The position numbers were made by a program, and so were the translations under genes. The notes beneath the pieces were generated by a model. It ran no database searches and was not told the DNA's origin. It saw only the letters and a list, made by a program, of their open reading frames with translations. A stretch of 64,000 nucleotides of DNA. Origin: Octopus vulgaris. Taxonomy: Eukaryota. Numbering within the stretch: the stretch's first letter is position 1; each line of letters begins with the position of its first letter. Shown here in pieces: positions 13,001 through 34,383 of this stretch. The DNA lies in contig OX597836.1 of NCBI GenBank assembly GCA_951406725.2, positions 29,016,001-29,080,000 on the forward strand, given 5' to 3'.

Positions 13001-16000
13001 AATGAAGCAGAACAATCCTTTGGGGGATCAAATTTCTTTTGAAATAAACTGTCCAAATTAAGTTTGATACTTTTTAAAGAGATTTAGTAAAATAACTATC
13101 ATTATTAAGCTGGTGTTTAGCCACAAAAAGTTTCTTAAAATTATGCTGGAAGGTTTTGTTTAAAAAATATGAACCCTTTTAAACAGATTTTGTAACAAAA
13201 CCAGAAGTGGGTTCAGAAGACTGTAGACTGAAACAGGTCAAGCAAAGAAAAATAGCTAAGTAAATACTTTGCTAAAGAGCAGCAATAACACTGAAACATG
13301 CCATATGATATTGTACTGTCAAAATTCACTGACCACTACAATGAAATTTTAATTACAAATGGAATATGAGCAAAGTTATCTTCCCACCCTTTTTTTCCTC
13401 TTTGTTTTAACCTTTTAGCATTCAGATTACCGAATGTAATGCTTATTTATTCACATTGTTTTGAATTAATCATGCATTACCTCATGGCTTTGAGATTTCA
13501 ATGATGTGATTGTATATTTTGAATGACGTTGTAGGAGAGGGGTCAGAGATCAGATAGGGTAAGTTTGGACATAAAGCAGAATATTTAGGCTACATTATGG
13601 CTGGTTTAAATACTAAAAGGTTAAACCAGAATTGATTACAATACTGGACCAAATATCTGGCAAACTTGGGTTCATAAGTAGCCTGGATTTCAGGATTTTC
13701 TGCAGACAGCTTAAATATTTACTTAAAATATAAAATTATGAAAAAAATTTAATTTGAAACAGATTCAAATGAAGCATAGTCTGTTTGATATTTATTGATC
13801 CACTCAAAATTCTTAAAGATATCATTATTGTACCATGTATACAGTATAATGCTTATAGAATGAAAATTAAATGAAGTCAAGAACATGATTTTATCTAACA
13901 GACACGAGTACAAATTAAAAGAATTCTAAACCAGAGTATGTTTAATCATTATATATCCTCATAAAAAGAAACAAAACTATTTTTAACATGGCATATGCAA
14001 ATTAACCAACTTCAAAAACAGAGTCTGTGCATAGTACTGCATAATATTCCCACACTTCCAGAAACCAAATAAGAAGTCCAGTACAGCATGCATTAAGACA
14101 CCAATTCTGTCTCCTCACTAAGGGTGTAGTTAAAACTTCCACACTAAGCACCAACCTCACTAGGTTTTGGACAGATCATATTTCAGTAACTCAGGAAAAT
14201 CATTGTAGTTTTTCTTTGTTGGATGACCAATACAAATACATATGACCCAAACATTTTGAAATGTTATTTTTTCCCCCTTTGAACTTTTACTCCAGAACAA
14301 GGTTTTGTACTGTTCTGGTAGCCACCTTTAAAGTTGAAGATTCGAGAAGGTATAACTTGCAGTAACCACATAGAAAGAGTTAATTAATTAGACAACTATA
14401 TGACCAATTAAACAATATATAAAGTATCTGTTTGATATTATCATATTACTTACCCCAATGTCATCGACCAGCATTTTGTCAAGTCCTACAGGACCAAGAC
14501 TGCTTTTAATAATATTAGCAATTGCACATGCTGCCATCACTGAAACAGATAAAAAGAAAAATATTAATAAAACACAAAATTTATTAACACAAACACACTT
14601 GATGTCAAACTATCAAACTTAATTTGGACAATTTATTTCAAAAGCCATATCTGCACAAAACATACACTTCTCAACTATTCTCCAGGCACAAACACCCCAA
14701 CCCTACTTATATCAACTGGGGAACCCAGCTCATTACTCTGTTCAAACCATGCCAGCATGGATTGGATTATTAGGATATAAAATACAGTTGATTGGTATAT
14801 CTGATTTTAATATGTGCTGGTGCCACATAGAAAGGCACCCAGTACAACCTGTGAAGTGGTTGGCATTAGGAAAGGCATTCAGCTGTAGAAACCATGGCAA
14901 AATAGACAAATGGAGTCTGGTGCAGCTCTTGACTTTGCTAGCTTCTGTCAAACTGCCCAACCTTTGCCACAATAGAAAACAGACATTAAATAATGATGAT
15001 GATGAATACCTAAGTATACAAATGCTTATATTTATGTTTGACTCTGGGACTATATGTCCAACAAAGACACAACAGTACCACTACATATTCACACTACAAC
15101 ATACAAAAGAAAAACACACTGAATGATATAATACAAGATATACTGTCTGAAATTGATGTCCACAATTTATGTCCCCTTTAACCCTAGTCATATCCAGCCC
15201 AAATATTCTGTTTTACGTTCAAACCAACCAGATCTGACATCTCACACCTACCCTACAATGGCTTTCTAAAAATAATCATACTGTTGAAATCTATAATTTT
15301 GCATGACTAATTCAAAACCATGTGCATAAACAAACATTACATTTGACAAAGTAATCTGAATGTTAAAGGGTTAATCACAGGTATGACCTAGGGCTGAACA
15401 ACAATAAAAAAAAGCCACAAACATTACAAGGTAACTGTAACAATCTAGAACGTTGTTAAACACGACATCTATACCATCTGATCAAACACAGCAAACTAGT
15501 CACACAATCAATTGCCACAATAGACCCAGACAGTGACTGTCAAAGAATATTTTTAAACTAATGGAATCACTCTTGCAGCCATTAATTGCCACAACAGTAT
15601 AGAGACATAAGCAAATACAGTTACATCTTAATTTTTAAAAACAGCACAAAGCAAAGTATGACTCCAGACCATACATACGGCTTTTGCGATTTAATTTAAT
15701 AATAATAATGATTCCAAATTTTTCCACAAGGGCAGCAACTGGGGGGGGGAGTCGATTACATCGACCCCAGTGTTCAACTGGTAGGTACTTATTTTATCGA
15801 CTCCTAGAGGAAGAAAGGTAAAGTCGACCTAGGCAGAATTTGAACTCAGAACGTAGCGACGGGTGAAATACCTATTTCTTTACTACCCATAAGGGGCTAA
15901 ACACAGACAGGACAAACGGATTAAGTCGATTATATCGACCCCAGTGCGTAACTGGTACTTATTTAATCGACCCCCGAAAGGATGAAAGGCAAAGTCGACG

Positions 16001-17423
16001 TCGGTGGAATTTGAACTCAGAACGTAGAGGCAGACGAAATACTGCTAAGCATTTCGCCCGGCGTGCTAACGTTTCTGCCAGCTCGCCGCCTTAATAATAA
16101 TAAAAATAATAATAATAATAGGTAATTGTTCAGTATGGTTATATTGAACAAGAAACACTGCAAGGCATTACGACATTCCGCTAATCCACTATGTTTAGAC
16201 AATGGAAATAAATTTTGAAGCCATTAAACTTAATGTAAGACTAGTCCTTTATTTCCTCGTGCTCGGAAGGGTTTGAACACAAAACGACGATGAGCGCTAC
16301 AGTATGGCCCTATATGCCAGACAACAAGTAAACGGTAAAATACAAATGTCACAGATATTTTGTTTCTTATGTTCTGTAAAGGCATGAACGTCACAACACG
16401 TTCTCTTCTTCCTCTAATGTCGCAGGCGATAAACCATCTAGAATTTACTTTAATCAATTCAAGTAACTGTTGATTTGGATTAATACGAAGTGTGTTAGAT
16501 ACATCACAGATATAGCAACGTGCATTATTCACATTATATAGCACACATACTTCCTATCTATGGCATCTTTCCCTAAGATGAGGCCCCAACAACCGTGCAT
16601 GAATCATTCGATATATAGAGCTGCACAGAAAGAATAAAATTTACGTTTTATTTCCATTTTATTGATTATCGCAGTTTGCCGAGTGTCTTTGCATCTATAT
16701 ATATATGTAGTATAAATGTAATAATTAAATTATATGTTATAAGCTTTGTGTTTTGTTAACATAATCCTCTTGTCTGTGGAGAAATTGTCGAGCATGAAAC
16801 CGGTGCGTGGTGCAAAAAAAATTGGGGTTCCGCTGCTAAATGTTAAATCTAGTGATGGGACGCCTATGACAGCTTAGCAATGCGTCAATATCTACATACA
16901 AGGACATGTTCATACACATAGCTAACAGTACAAATGCAATAACGTGCTTTTTGATTATAATTGATATTATAATAGTCCTTAATATACTTATAATTGGGCG
17001 GTATACGGAATGGTATTAAGCCAAGACCATTAATAGAAAATTACTTTGTTCTGTAGTACGGAGAAATTTTAAAACAATAAACCTATGAAATGTAATTTTT
17101 AAAGTTCAAACTTGAATATTTATTTTTAAAATATCGACTACAACAAACAGAGAGATAGTATATAATTATATTTTAATTTATTTCAAAGGCAGGAATCTTC
17201 TAGAAAGCTCACACGTGAGACGGGGGGGATACCATGTGGAGGAGATCGGTTAGAGAGATAGAAAAGCAATGGCAATGCAGCTAGAACGAAGACAACGACA
17301 CGATTAACTGAGGAAAGTTAGAACACAATATAATTGAAAGAATTAGTTACCATTTTGAGTTCGAACTGTCTGACCAGAGGTTCTATCGCCGCCGACAGTC
17401 AAAGGTGCAGCAGTATCAGCCAT
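63..17423 (-). CDS. TCP1: T-complex protein 1 subunit alpha (CCT1/CCT-alpha), 3'-partial. Coding exons: 17423-17351, 14539-14454, 12872-12744, 11194-11097, 8081-7971, 6340-6159, 4899-4773, 3704-3529, 2141-2018, 1767-1575, 226-63
   Basis: Exons join in frame with GT-AG boundaries: [76 protein letters not shown]...GDGTSSV...[15 protein letters not shown]...[15 protein letters not shown]...[48 protein letters not shown]...[12 protein letters not shown]. These are CCT-alpha signature sequences. The final exon lies left of the window. Confidence 0.97.
495..851 (+). mobile_element. Non-autonomous Helitron-like element
   Basis: A|TC 5' end, CTAG|T 3' end, subterminal GC hairpin ACCCGGC-AAC-GCTGGGT (824-840), no TSD. 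Confidence 0.7.
885..1111. mobile_element. TTAA-flanked MITE family A (piggyBac-like termini). Further copies at 2339-2559, 5088-5311, ~5830-6050, ~7710-7915, ~10860-11076, 13407-13624, 15178-15374, ~35307-35532, 49718-50275, 56358-56584
   Basis: ~225-bp element with TTAA|CCCTTTAG...CTAAAGGG|TTAA terminal inverted repeats and shared internal sequence among copies. Confidence 0.8.
6341..7970 (-). other. U12-type (minor spliceosome) GT-AG intron 5 of TCP1
   Basis: The 5' splice site reads GC|GTATCCTT (7970-7963). The branch point TTCCTTAAC (6359-6351) lies 10 nt before the 3' splice site, and there is no long polypyrimidine tract. Confidence 0.93.
7383..7642 (+). mobile_element. RTE-type LINE 3' fragment; related decayed pieces at ~31660-31872 (+) and ~52830-53100 (-)
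   Basis: ORF end [25 protein letters not shown]...AMMDREVWR is typical of an RTE ORF C-terminus and is followed by a (TGA)n tail. Confidence 0.75.
8141..8324 (-). mobile_element. Abundant (GAT)n-tailed retroposon (SINE/LINE 3' end) family. Other copies at ~6660-6914, 8550-8696, 11320-11568, 14810-15005, 19085-19490, 20870-21185, 23800-24045, 25780-25975, 30570-30895, 35750-35955, 39630-39950, 46210-46680
   Basis: Shared core GTGGTTGGCGTTAGGAAGGGCATCCAGC...CCAACCCATGCTAGCATGGAAA..GGACG.TAAACGATGATGATG. Confidence 0.8.
13640..14090. mobile_element. Old ~450-bp interspersed DNA element (MITE-like), second copy at ~36990-37470
   Basis: The two regions align by eye over >250 bp (GTCTGTTTGATATTTATT...TACCATGTATACAGTA...AAGAACATGATTTTAT...TTCAAAAACA). 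Confidence 0.6.
15700..16092 (-). mobile_element. Third SINE family (two stacked copies here). Others at ~22880-23095, 25328-25530, 25980-26180, 29103-29290, 32350-32572, 40310-41560 (cluster), 51600-52025, 62430-62640
   Basis: Head GGCGGCGAGCTGGCAGAA..GTTAGC...GAGTTCAAATTCC, central GACTTTGCCTTTCATCCTTTCGGGGTCGAT.AAATAAGTACCAG, and an (ATT)n tail. Confidence 0.8.
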
Positions 17424-20039
17424 GATGACCAAACAGATATGTTGAAAGAGAGTTAATAGAAAATACGGAATCTTTAAAGTGTGAGGAGGAAAAAAGAGAG
17501 AGAGAGTAAAGAAATATAAAGAGATGGCGAAACGAAACCAATATAAAGAAACTCGAAAGGCGAAAGAAAAAAAAGAAATCGGAATCACTTTAAATTTACA
17601 TTAAATTTTTTTTAATTATGCAATTTTTAAAATTAAATTATTACTTGTTTTAAAATGAATAAAAATTATATTAAAAAATAAAATATACAAATCATATACG
17701 GAGTGTTTGATTTTTTTTCTACAATAGTTTGAATGTATTTTCATGGAAACCAGACTGATTCTTATAAAATCTGACTCATCCACCGGCATTTTGACTCTTT
17801 ATTCTTTGATCTTATCACCCTAAAACTATTTCTTTATATTTGGCTGTACGTTTTCGAATAGAACTCATGTTAAAAATGAAAAAATGTTTCTTTTATTGGT
17901 AATCTATAGCTTAAAATATTTGCAGTAACTATATGAACTTGTATACGATATATATATATATATATATTATGTATATTACACATGATAATTAATTATATAA
18001 AATATGTATTATATGTAATATAATAAATATCTGACATCGGACGTTCTCATCGGATTCTGTCAAACCGTCCAACCCATGCCAGCATGGAAAATCGATGTTA
18101 AATAAAGATGTTATGCACACATACACACCCACACATTTATTTTGAATCTTATAACTTTCTAAGAAATAAAGATTTTTTTTCTTTCTTTTTTTTATGGAGC
18201 TAAATTTTGCAATTTACTTGTTTCATCATTAAACTGTGGCCATGCTGGGGCACTGCACTGAAGAATTTTTAGGCGAATAATCGAGTGCTTATTCTATCGA
18301 TCTCTTTTGCTGAACCGCTAAGTTACGGGGACATAAACAAACCAACATCAGTTGTCAAGTAGTAGCGGGGGACAAAGACATATATATACGATGGGCTTCT
18401 TTCAGTTTCCGTTTACCTAATCCAATGACAAGGTTTTGGTCTGCCCTAAAGTAGAAGATACCTAAGGTGTCACACAGTGGGACTGAACCCAGAACCATGT
18501 ACTTGGGAAGCAAGCTTTTTATCATCAGCCATGCCTACACTTATATTCCTTTACTTGTTTCAGTCATTTGACGGCGGCTATGCTGGAGCATCACTTTTAA
18601 GGGGTTTTCGTAGTCAAAAAAATCAAGCCCAGGACTTATTCTTTGTAAGCCAAGTACTTATTTTGTTGATCTCTCTTGCCAAATCACTGAGTTACAGGGA
18701 TGTAAACACACCAACGTCAGTTGTCAAGTGATGGTGGGGGGGACAAAGACACACATAAATATATACACGAGCTGCTTTCAGTTTCCATCTACCAAATCCA
18801 CTCACAAGGCTTTGGTCGGCCCAAGGCTACTGTAGAAGACATTTGCCCAAAGTGCCACGCAATTGGACTGAACCCAGAACCATGTGCTTGGGAAGCAAGC
18901 TTCTTATCATCAGCCATGCCCATAGCTGCAGTCATGCTGGGGCACCACAAAAATTTATAAAAATAGCATACATTTTGGCAAATATGCAAATGAGAAATTT
19001 GTTTCACTTTATATTATTTTAAGGCAATAAATATTTTGCATATGAAAATTAGTATTCATTTCATTATTTTGTGTAAACAGCAAGAAATTTGATTAGGGCA
19101 ACATACTGTGCTTGAGGAGACCTATTGAGTCAAGTACATCAAAATCAAATGGAAATTGTAGTTGTGATTCCCGTGCCATAAAAAGCACCATCTGATCATG
19201 GACAATGCCAGTATCACCTTGACTGGCTTCCGTGCCGGTGGCACGTAAACAGCATTGACTGATTGTGGTCGTTGCCAGCCACCTCTGGCCCCTGTGCTGG
19301 TGGCACGTAAAAAGCAGCCACTACACTCTTGGAGTGGTTGGCATTAGGAAGGGCATCCAGTTGTAGAAACACTGCCAGATCAAACTAGAGCCTGGTGCAG
19401 CCTCCTGGCTTCCCAGACCCCTGTTGAACCGTCCAACCCATGCCAGCATGGAAAACGGATGTTAAACGATTTTGATGGTGGTGATGATTATATTATAATT
19501 ATTGCATATATTCCATATTTCCTGATATTATCTTTGGCAGAAGTATTCCTTCAAATTTACCCACCTTTTGTGAGATAACATTCTTGTATAACATATATGT
19601 GCAGACATGGGTGTGTAGTGAAGGAATTTGCTTCCCAGCTATATAGCTTCACGTTCAGTCCCACTGCATGACATCTTGGGCAAGTTTCTTCTACTAAAAC
19701 ATCAAGTCAACAAAAGCCTTGTAACGGCTATATCTGTGTGTGTCTTCATGCAATATATATATACATAAGGACCATTGTCATAGATGTGGTGCTCCTCCAT
19801 TTCAAGTCTGCCAGAAAAAAATGCACCCTGTATAATTTGTAAAGTAGTTGCTATTAAGAAGAGTACCCAACTTTCAAAACTGTGAGTTTGGAGCAAGATA
19901 GGGCCTTCTGACTCACCCAACTGATGCTGGCATGGAAAATGGACATAAAATGATGATAATGATGATGACAACAACGAGGGTATATGCATTACTTGGATTA
20001 CTTCATACCAGATCACCCTATTGCTGCATGATAGGGCTC

Positions 20040-20260
20040 TTTCTGTCCTTCATTCTATCGATTCTGGTGTTAAGTTTAAGATTTGTTGCCTACTCTCTTC
20101 TGTACACCAATGACTTACTTGAAACTACATCCAACAACATCCACTCTTATGCAGATGAAAACTATTGCATTTTATTTCCAACCACGATTCCATTCACAGA
20201 AACTTTGAAAACAGCCTCTATTGCAGAAATACCAATCTTCCAACAGCAAGAAAATTTGAA
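20040..20260 (+). mobile_element. Decayed non-LTR reverse transcriptase fragment
   Basis: LLYTNDLLETTSNNIHSYADE resembles the RT LFLLYINDL...HSYADD catalytic motif; the surrounding frame is broken. Confidence 0.6.
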
Positions 20261-21239
20261 TGCTACTCATATTAGCATCAAATTTTGACTTAAGGCCATT
20301 ATTTTCCAGGGATGGGCTAAGTCAAATATATCAATCTCAGTGGTCAACTGGTACTTATTTTATCGACCCTGAAAGGATTAAAGGCAAAGTCAACCTTGAA
20401 ATGCAACTCATATCAAGTACTGAAGCTTATGGCACACAAATCAATGTAGTTTATAGTGTAAACATTCAAAATTTGTCACTATCTCTCAAAATCCTGCAGC
20501 ATTTCACATGGAATTTTTGGGCTGCCAAAGTCATCTTGGTGTATAGGTTGACTATCAGTCTTAATTGTAAATTTTCATCTAAAATATTCAACTTGTATAC
20601 TAGAACATGCAGTAAACACCATTACACCTTTTAAATCTTAATCAGTACTCAGCTCAATCCCACAAATTTACCCTACTTGTTGGCCCATCCTAAGTCAAGG
20701 ATCTACTCTGGCAAAAGCACACCTGTAACATAACTATAATTGCATTCAAATGAAGGGCCACTCATATGACTGGTAAATTAGATGAGAATCCCCTGAGGAG
20801 TAGTGTATGACTTGATAAAGGAACCTAAAATTTAACCTAAATATCAGCAATCACAATCACCACCCTTGTCTTGCAAGTTATTTGGTGACCCTGTCTGTGC
20901 TGGTGTCACATAAAAAAGCATTCAGTTCACACTGTGAAGTGGTTGGCATTTGGAAGGGCATCCAGCTGTAAAAACCATACCAAAACTGACCTCGCCTGTG
21001 CTGGTGCTACATAGAAAGCATTCAGTTCACTCTGCCGGGTAGTTGGTGTTAGAAAGGGCATCCAGCCGTAAAAACCCTGCCAAAACAGACACAATAGCCT
21101 GGTGTAGTATCCTACTTGCTCGGCTCCTGTCAAACCGTCCAACCGATGCCAGTATGGAAAGTGGACGTTAAACGTTGATGATGATGGTGGTGGTGGTGGT
21201 GGTGATGCAATTGAGTTTCAGGCAGCAGAAACGATTCCA

Positions 21240-21660
21240 TTGACAAATCATCACTGAGTTACCCTCGTATTTAAGAATGACAGAACAGCTTCAGTAGTGC
21301 CCGAATGCCAATTTACCCTCCATCAGCTTGAAACATTGTTAGATCACTGAAATAAACGTTATGCTGAAAAGGTAGACATCTCTGCAACTTGTCAGAAGTC
21401 CTAGGGTGTCATAGTAAGAAAACAAAAATTCATTTGATGAGAACGATGCCCAAATCAAGCAATTCGTGAGCAGAAAGGGAATAACTTTCTCGAGCTTAGA
21501 AGCATAACAAGAATACTGAACATCAAAGAAAAATTTGCCAGCAAGCAAAGGCTATAGCTGAGAACCAAAGTCGTTCTGTGGAGAACAATTAGTAGACGGC
21601 TAAAGCACTTGAAATCTAGAAACTGGGCGACTATGCTGGCCACAGAATAAACAACTACGA
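21240..21660 (+). mobile_element. Decayed RTE/BovB-like LINE internal fragment
   Basis: Translates in part to KNKNSFDENDAQIKQF, resembling the RTE linker motif RKHQDWFDEND.EI. Multiple stops. Confidence 0.55.
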
Positions 21661-21959
21661 TAATTTGAAAAGAAATATAAATTTTTCTAATTTGGGAAAT
21701 TACTAAAATAAAGTAAGGGAGTGTTGTCTGGACACGAATCTGAAAGTCTGTATCACTAATTCCAATACGTTTATTCTCAAGACCCGGACAATATATTTCA
21801 GATAGACTTTACAATTAATTCACCGGATGATTTCTGTCGACAAAAAAAAATGAGAATTAAAAGATACCATACATTATAGTAAATATAGTATAAATTATTT
21901 AAAAATTAATTTTATTTGAATCTACAACGAGATATATAAAATAATAGTCGAGAGTTCGA

Positions 21960-22096
21960 TATAGACCGGCTTACGGAAACAGCCGAATTAATATTGGTCG
22001 CGGCGCCCGGTAACATTTTCCGGAAGTTAAGCTATCCCAAAATCCCCGGTTCCACTATGGTTATTTATTGCTGAATCACTCGTCAATCCCCAGGTT
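21960..22096 (+). promoter_or_regulatory. Putative PSMD14 promoter and non-coding first exon
   Basis: Locally CpG-rich patch with an inverted CCAAT (ATTGG 21993-21997), an ETS-type CCGGAAGT (22020-22027) and a GTAAGT donor at 22097. The first coding exon has an acceptor AG at 24580-24581, so an upstream UTR exon is required. Confidence 0.6.
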
Positions 22097-24138
22097 GTAA
22101 GTGTCTTTAACCTTTTATTAATTTATCACGATAGTTCCATGGCTATCTCTGTCTTTTTGTTATATTATTATAGGTATGCATGTGGGTGTATTTTGGACTA
22201 ATGGTTTATTGTGTATCGCCGTTCGTTCAGCTGACAGCACTGATGAACTCTAACACATGTATTGAGTGCTCTTCTGCTTGTACATTAAATTGTATTTATT
22301 TACGTTGTTTACTAATTTGAGTCCCAAACCTGCCGGTTTTAGTTGACAGGGAAAGTAGATATAATCTATAAACCGGATTAATCACCCTCCTTTGCACATA
22401 AACTAGCTTCGTGCCTCATCAAAAAATTATTATTTATGCTGTTGCTATTGTTTTATACGAACTGTTTCGAGTGTGACACACAGACCCCCCAAGCAACAGC
22501 AATTTAGACGTTTTTACTGATGATTAGCAATGATATAATGTAGGGAAAGTAGACCAGAATTTGAGAACTAAGATTCTATTAAATTTGTAATATTTCAGCT
22601 TTGAAAGTTTTAAGAAAATCAAGTATTTTTCTTGCGATTTGGGCAGCACCATCAGAAAAAAAAATTTGAGTTTTGGCCATAATGTTCAACAGTGCCATTT
22701 GGTATTATACCCAAAGCTCCGATGACCAGATGTACATTTGTTGTTCTTAGATGTCACATTTTTAAGACCTCTATTTCAAGGTCCTTGACAGAATCGTTAG
22801 CACGCCGGTTAAAATGCCGCTAAGCATTTTGCCCCGTCTCTGTGCCCCAAGATTTGAAACCATTAGCATTGTTATTTAATGCGGCGAGCTGGCAGAATCA
22901 TTAAGCACGCCGGACAAAAGGCTTAACGGAATTTCGTCCGTCTAGACGTTCTGAGTTGAAATTCCGCCGAGGCCGACTTTACTGTTTATCCTTTCGATGA
23001 TGATTAAGTAAGTACCAGTTGAGCACTGGGGTCGATGTAATTGACTACAGTCCTCCCCGCAAATTTTAGGCCTTTTGCCTATACTCGAAAGGTTTATTAT
23101 TTTATTTCAACATTCTGATTACTGGGTCTTCTTGGATTTGCCCACGTTACTGACTATGTATGTAACTGCTTCATTCAGCTTATAGTACGACATCACGCGA
23201 TAGAAATCTGGAGAATTTTGTCTCTACGAAGAAATGAAGATTATGTGGGTGGGAAGTGTTAATTTCAGTGTGCACATTAATTAAGCAATTAGTCACTACA
23301 ATTTACATATTAATAATGTTGTACGTCAGCTTTGAACCGTATTGGAACATTTGTTAGTGTATCACAAGAATGATTGATAGACTCTGGTCGGGAGGCCTTC
23401 CCTATCCACATTTCTGTCTGTATGTCTTCTACTATAACCCCCAGACCGATCAAAGATTTGTGAGTGGATTTAGTGGACGGAAACTTAGAGAAGCTCGTCT
23501 GTATACCGTTGTCTTGATCACGTGATGGTTGAAAATTCTAAACATACATCATCGTCATACAAGCAATATTGTTCGTTTCCAGTCTTGTGGAAAATATGTC
23601 TGGTCTTTGGGAATATTACCTTAACTGTGAAACAGATGAAGGTCTGCAACAGGAGGGTCTAGGGCTATTTGACCATACTAAAATCTGCCTCAGAATATTC
23701 CCTCTGACCCATTAACCCATGCAAGGATGGGAAATTGAGTGTTCATGAATGTGTATGTCATGTGGCAGTGTTGTAGAAACCAGAAAAACCTGATGATAAT
23801 CATCATCATCATCATCATCGTTTAGCGTCCGCTTTCCATGCTAGCATGGGTTGGACGGTTCAACTGGGGTCTGGGAAGCCAGAAGGCTTGCACCAGGCCC
23901 AGTCTGATCTGGCAATGTTTCTACAGCTGGATGCCCTTCCTAACGTTAACCACTCCGTGAGTGTTGTGGGTGCTTTTTACGTGCCACTGGCACAGGTGCA
24001 AGGCGAGGCTGGCAAGCGGCCACGATCGGATGGTGCTTTTTACATGCCCTGTCTATATATATATATAAAGGTAAGATCCAAGGAAAATAGTAAGCTTTGA
24101 GCAAATTTCCCTAATTTTGGATATATATATATATATCA

Positions 24139-24211
24139 GGTTCCATGGTGTAGTGGTTATCACGTCTGCTTAACACGCAGAAGGTCGCGAGTTCGAAACT
24201 CGCCGGAACCT
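24139..24211 (+). tRNA. tRNA-Val (anticodon AAC at 24172-24174), possibly a retroposed or pseudogene copy
   Basis: 73-nt cloverleaf: acceptor stem GGTTCCA/CGGAACC (A7:C66 mismatch), D arm GTG/CAC, anticodon stem TCTGC/GCAGA with loop TTAACAC, T arm GCGAG-TTCGAAA-CTCGC. A TTTT terminator follows at 24220-24223. Confidence 0.88.
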
Positions 24212-24595
24212 CTCCACGCTTTTAAATGGCGGTGCCCCAGCATGGCCACAGCTCATGAGCTGAAACTAGAATCAATCAATCAATATATACGAGGGAGTGC
24301 TGAAAGTTCCTGGCTTTAGATAGAAGAAAATAGAGGAGCATCAGTTACGATTTTATTCAACATATGGCTACCACACCTTATATACAAGTGGGTGGGAATA
24401 GGAAAGAAAGAGGTTCAAAATGACAAAAGTTACAATTTTAATGGATACCAGTAATTATGTGAAAATTCTTTCAATTTATTCTCTGCAACCAGTTGAAAGA
24501 AAGGTGCTAATTCCAATCTACAAAATGCCTGTGTTTTAGGGTTGTATTTTAATTTTCTTTTATATATATTTATTTTTCTAGATTAAAAAGCTATA

Positions 24596-33568
<8,973 letters not shown>

Positions 33569-34048
33569 TCAATGCATTTTTTTTTTATTATTTTTATCTT
33601 GTCTTTTTTTTCAATATTTTGGCCACTTCCCCATTGTTTTTAACCCTTAAACAATAAATAATAATAATAATAATAATAATACTGTTTATGCCTAACTTTG
33701 TTTTATTTTCAAAGAATTCCTAAGAATGGTTTACTCTTCCAAGTGTATGCTAGTTTTTGAATTAATCTTGCATTAACTTGTAGCTTCAAGATTTCGATGT
33801 GATTGTTTAGTTTTCGAAGGATATTGTAGAGTAGGTTTGAGAAACTGGATCTGACAAGTTTGAACATGGAATAGACGGACTATTTGGTCTGGATATGGCC
33901 AGTTTTATTGCTAAAGGATTAAAAAAAGAAATACATAAAATAAATACAGTAAAGAAAGGGTTAGCGTAACATCAATAATCAGATTTGAACTCTAGGCTGT
34001 AACTTTTGATCTGATGTTCTACAAATTATATAGCAATTATTTCTAAGT

Positions 34049-34383
34049 GAAGGCGCATGGCTCAGTGGTTAGAGCGTCGAGCTTACGATCGTGAGGTTGT
34101 GAGCTCGAATCCCGGACCGGGCTGCGTGTTGTGCTCTTGAGCAAGGCACTTTATTTCACGTTGCTCCAGTTCACTCAGCTGTAGAAATGAGTTGCAACGT
34201 CACTGGTGCCAAGTTGTATCGACCTTTGTCTTTCCCTTGGATAACACTGGTGGCTTGGAGAGGAGAGGCTGGTATGCATGGGCGACTGCTGGTCTTCCAT
34301 AAAACAACCTTGCCCGGACTTGTGTCTAGGAGGGTAACTTTCTAGGTGCAATCCCATGGTCGTTCATGACCGAAGGGGGGTCT
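34049..34383 (+). mobile_element. Young tRNA-derived SINE with 12-bp TSD; related copies at ~11570-11868 (+) and 49867-50189 (-)
   Basis: A box TGGCTCAGTGG and a B-box-like GCTCGAATCC. Perfect flanking repeat TTATTTCTAAGT at 34037-34048 and 34384-34395. Confidence 0.85.

Noticed and set aside
16838-16960. Hairpin plus ACA in TCP1 intron 1 (snoRNA candidate)
   Set aside because: Weak lower stem, and no H box or clear first hairpin; cannot be supported without a covariance-model search.
34049-34125. tRNA-like sequences at SINE heads (also ~44400-44475 and ~36281-36350)
   Set aside because: They do not fold into complete cloverleaves and continue into SINE bodies; not tRNA genes.
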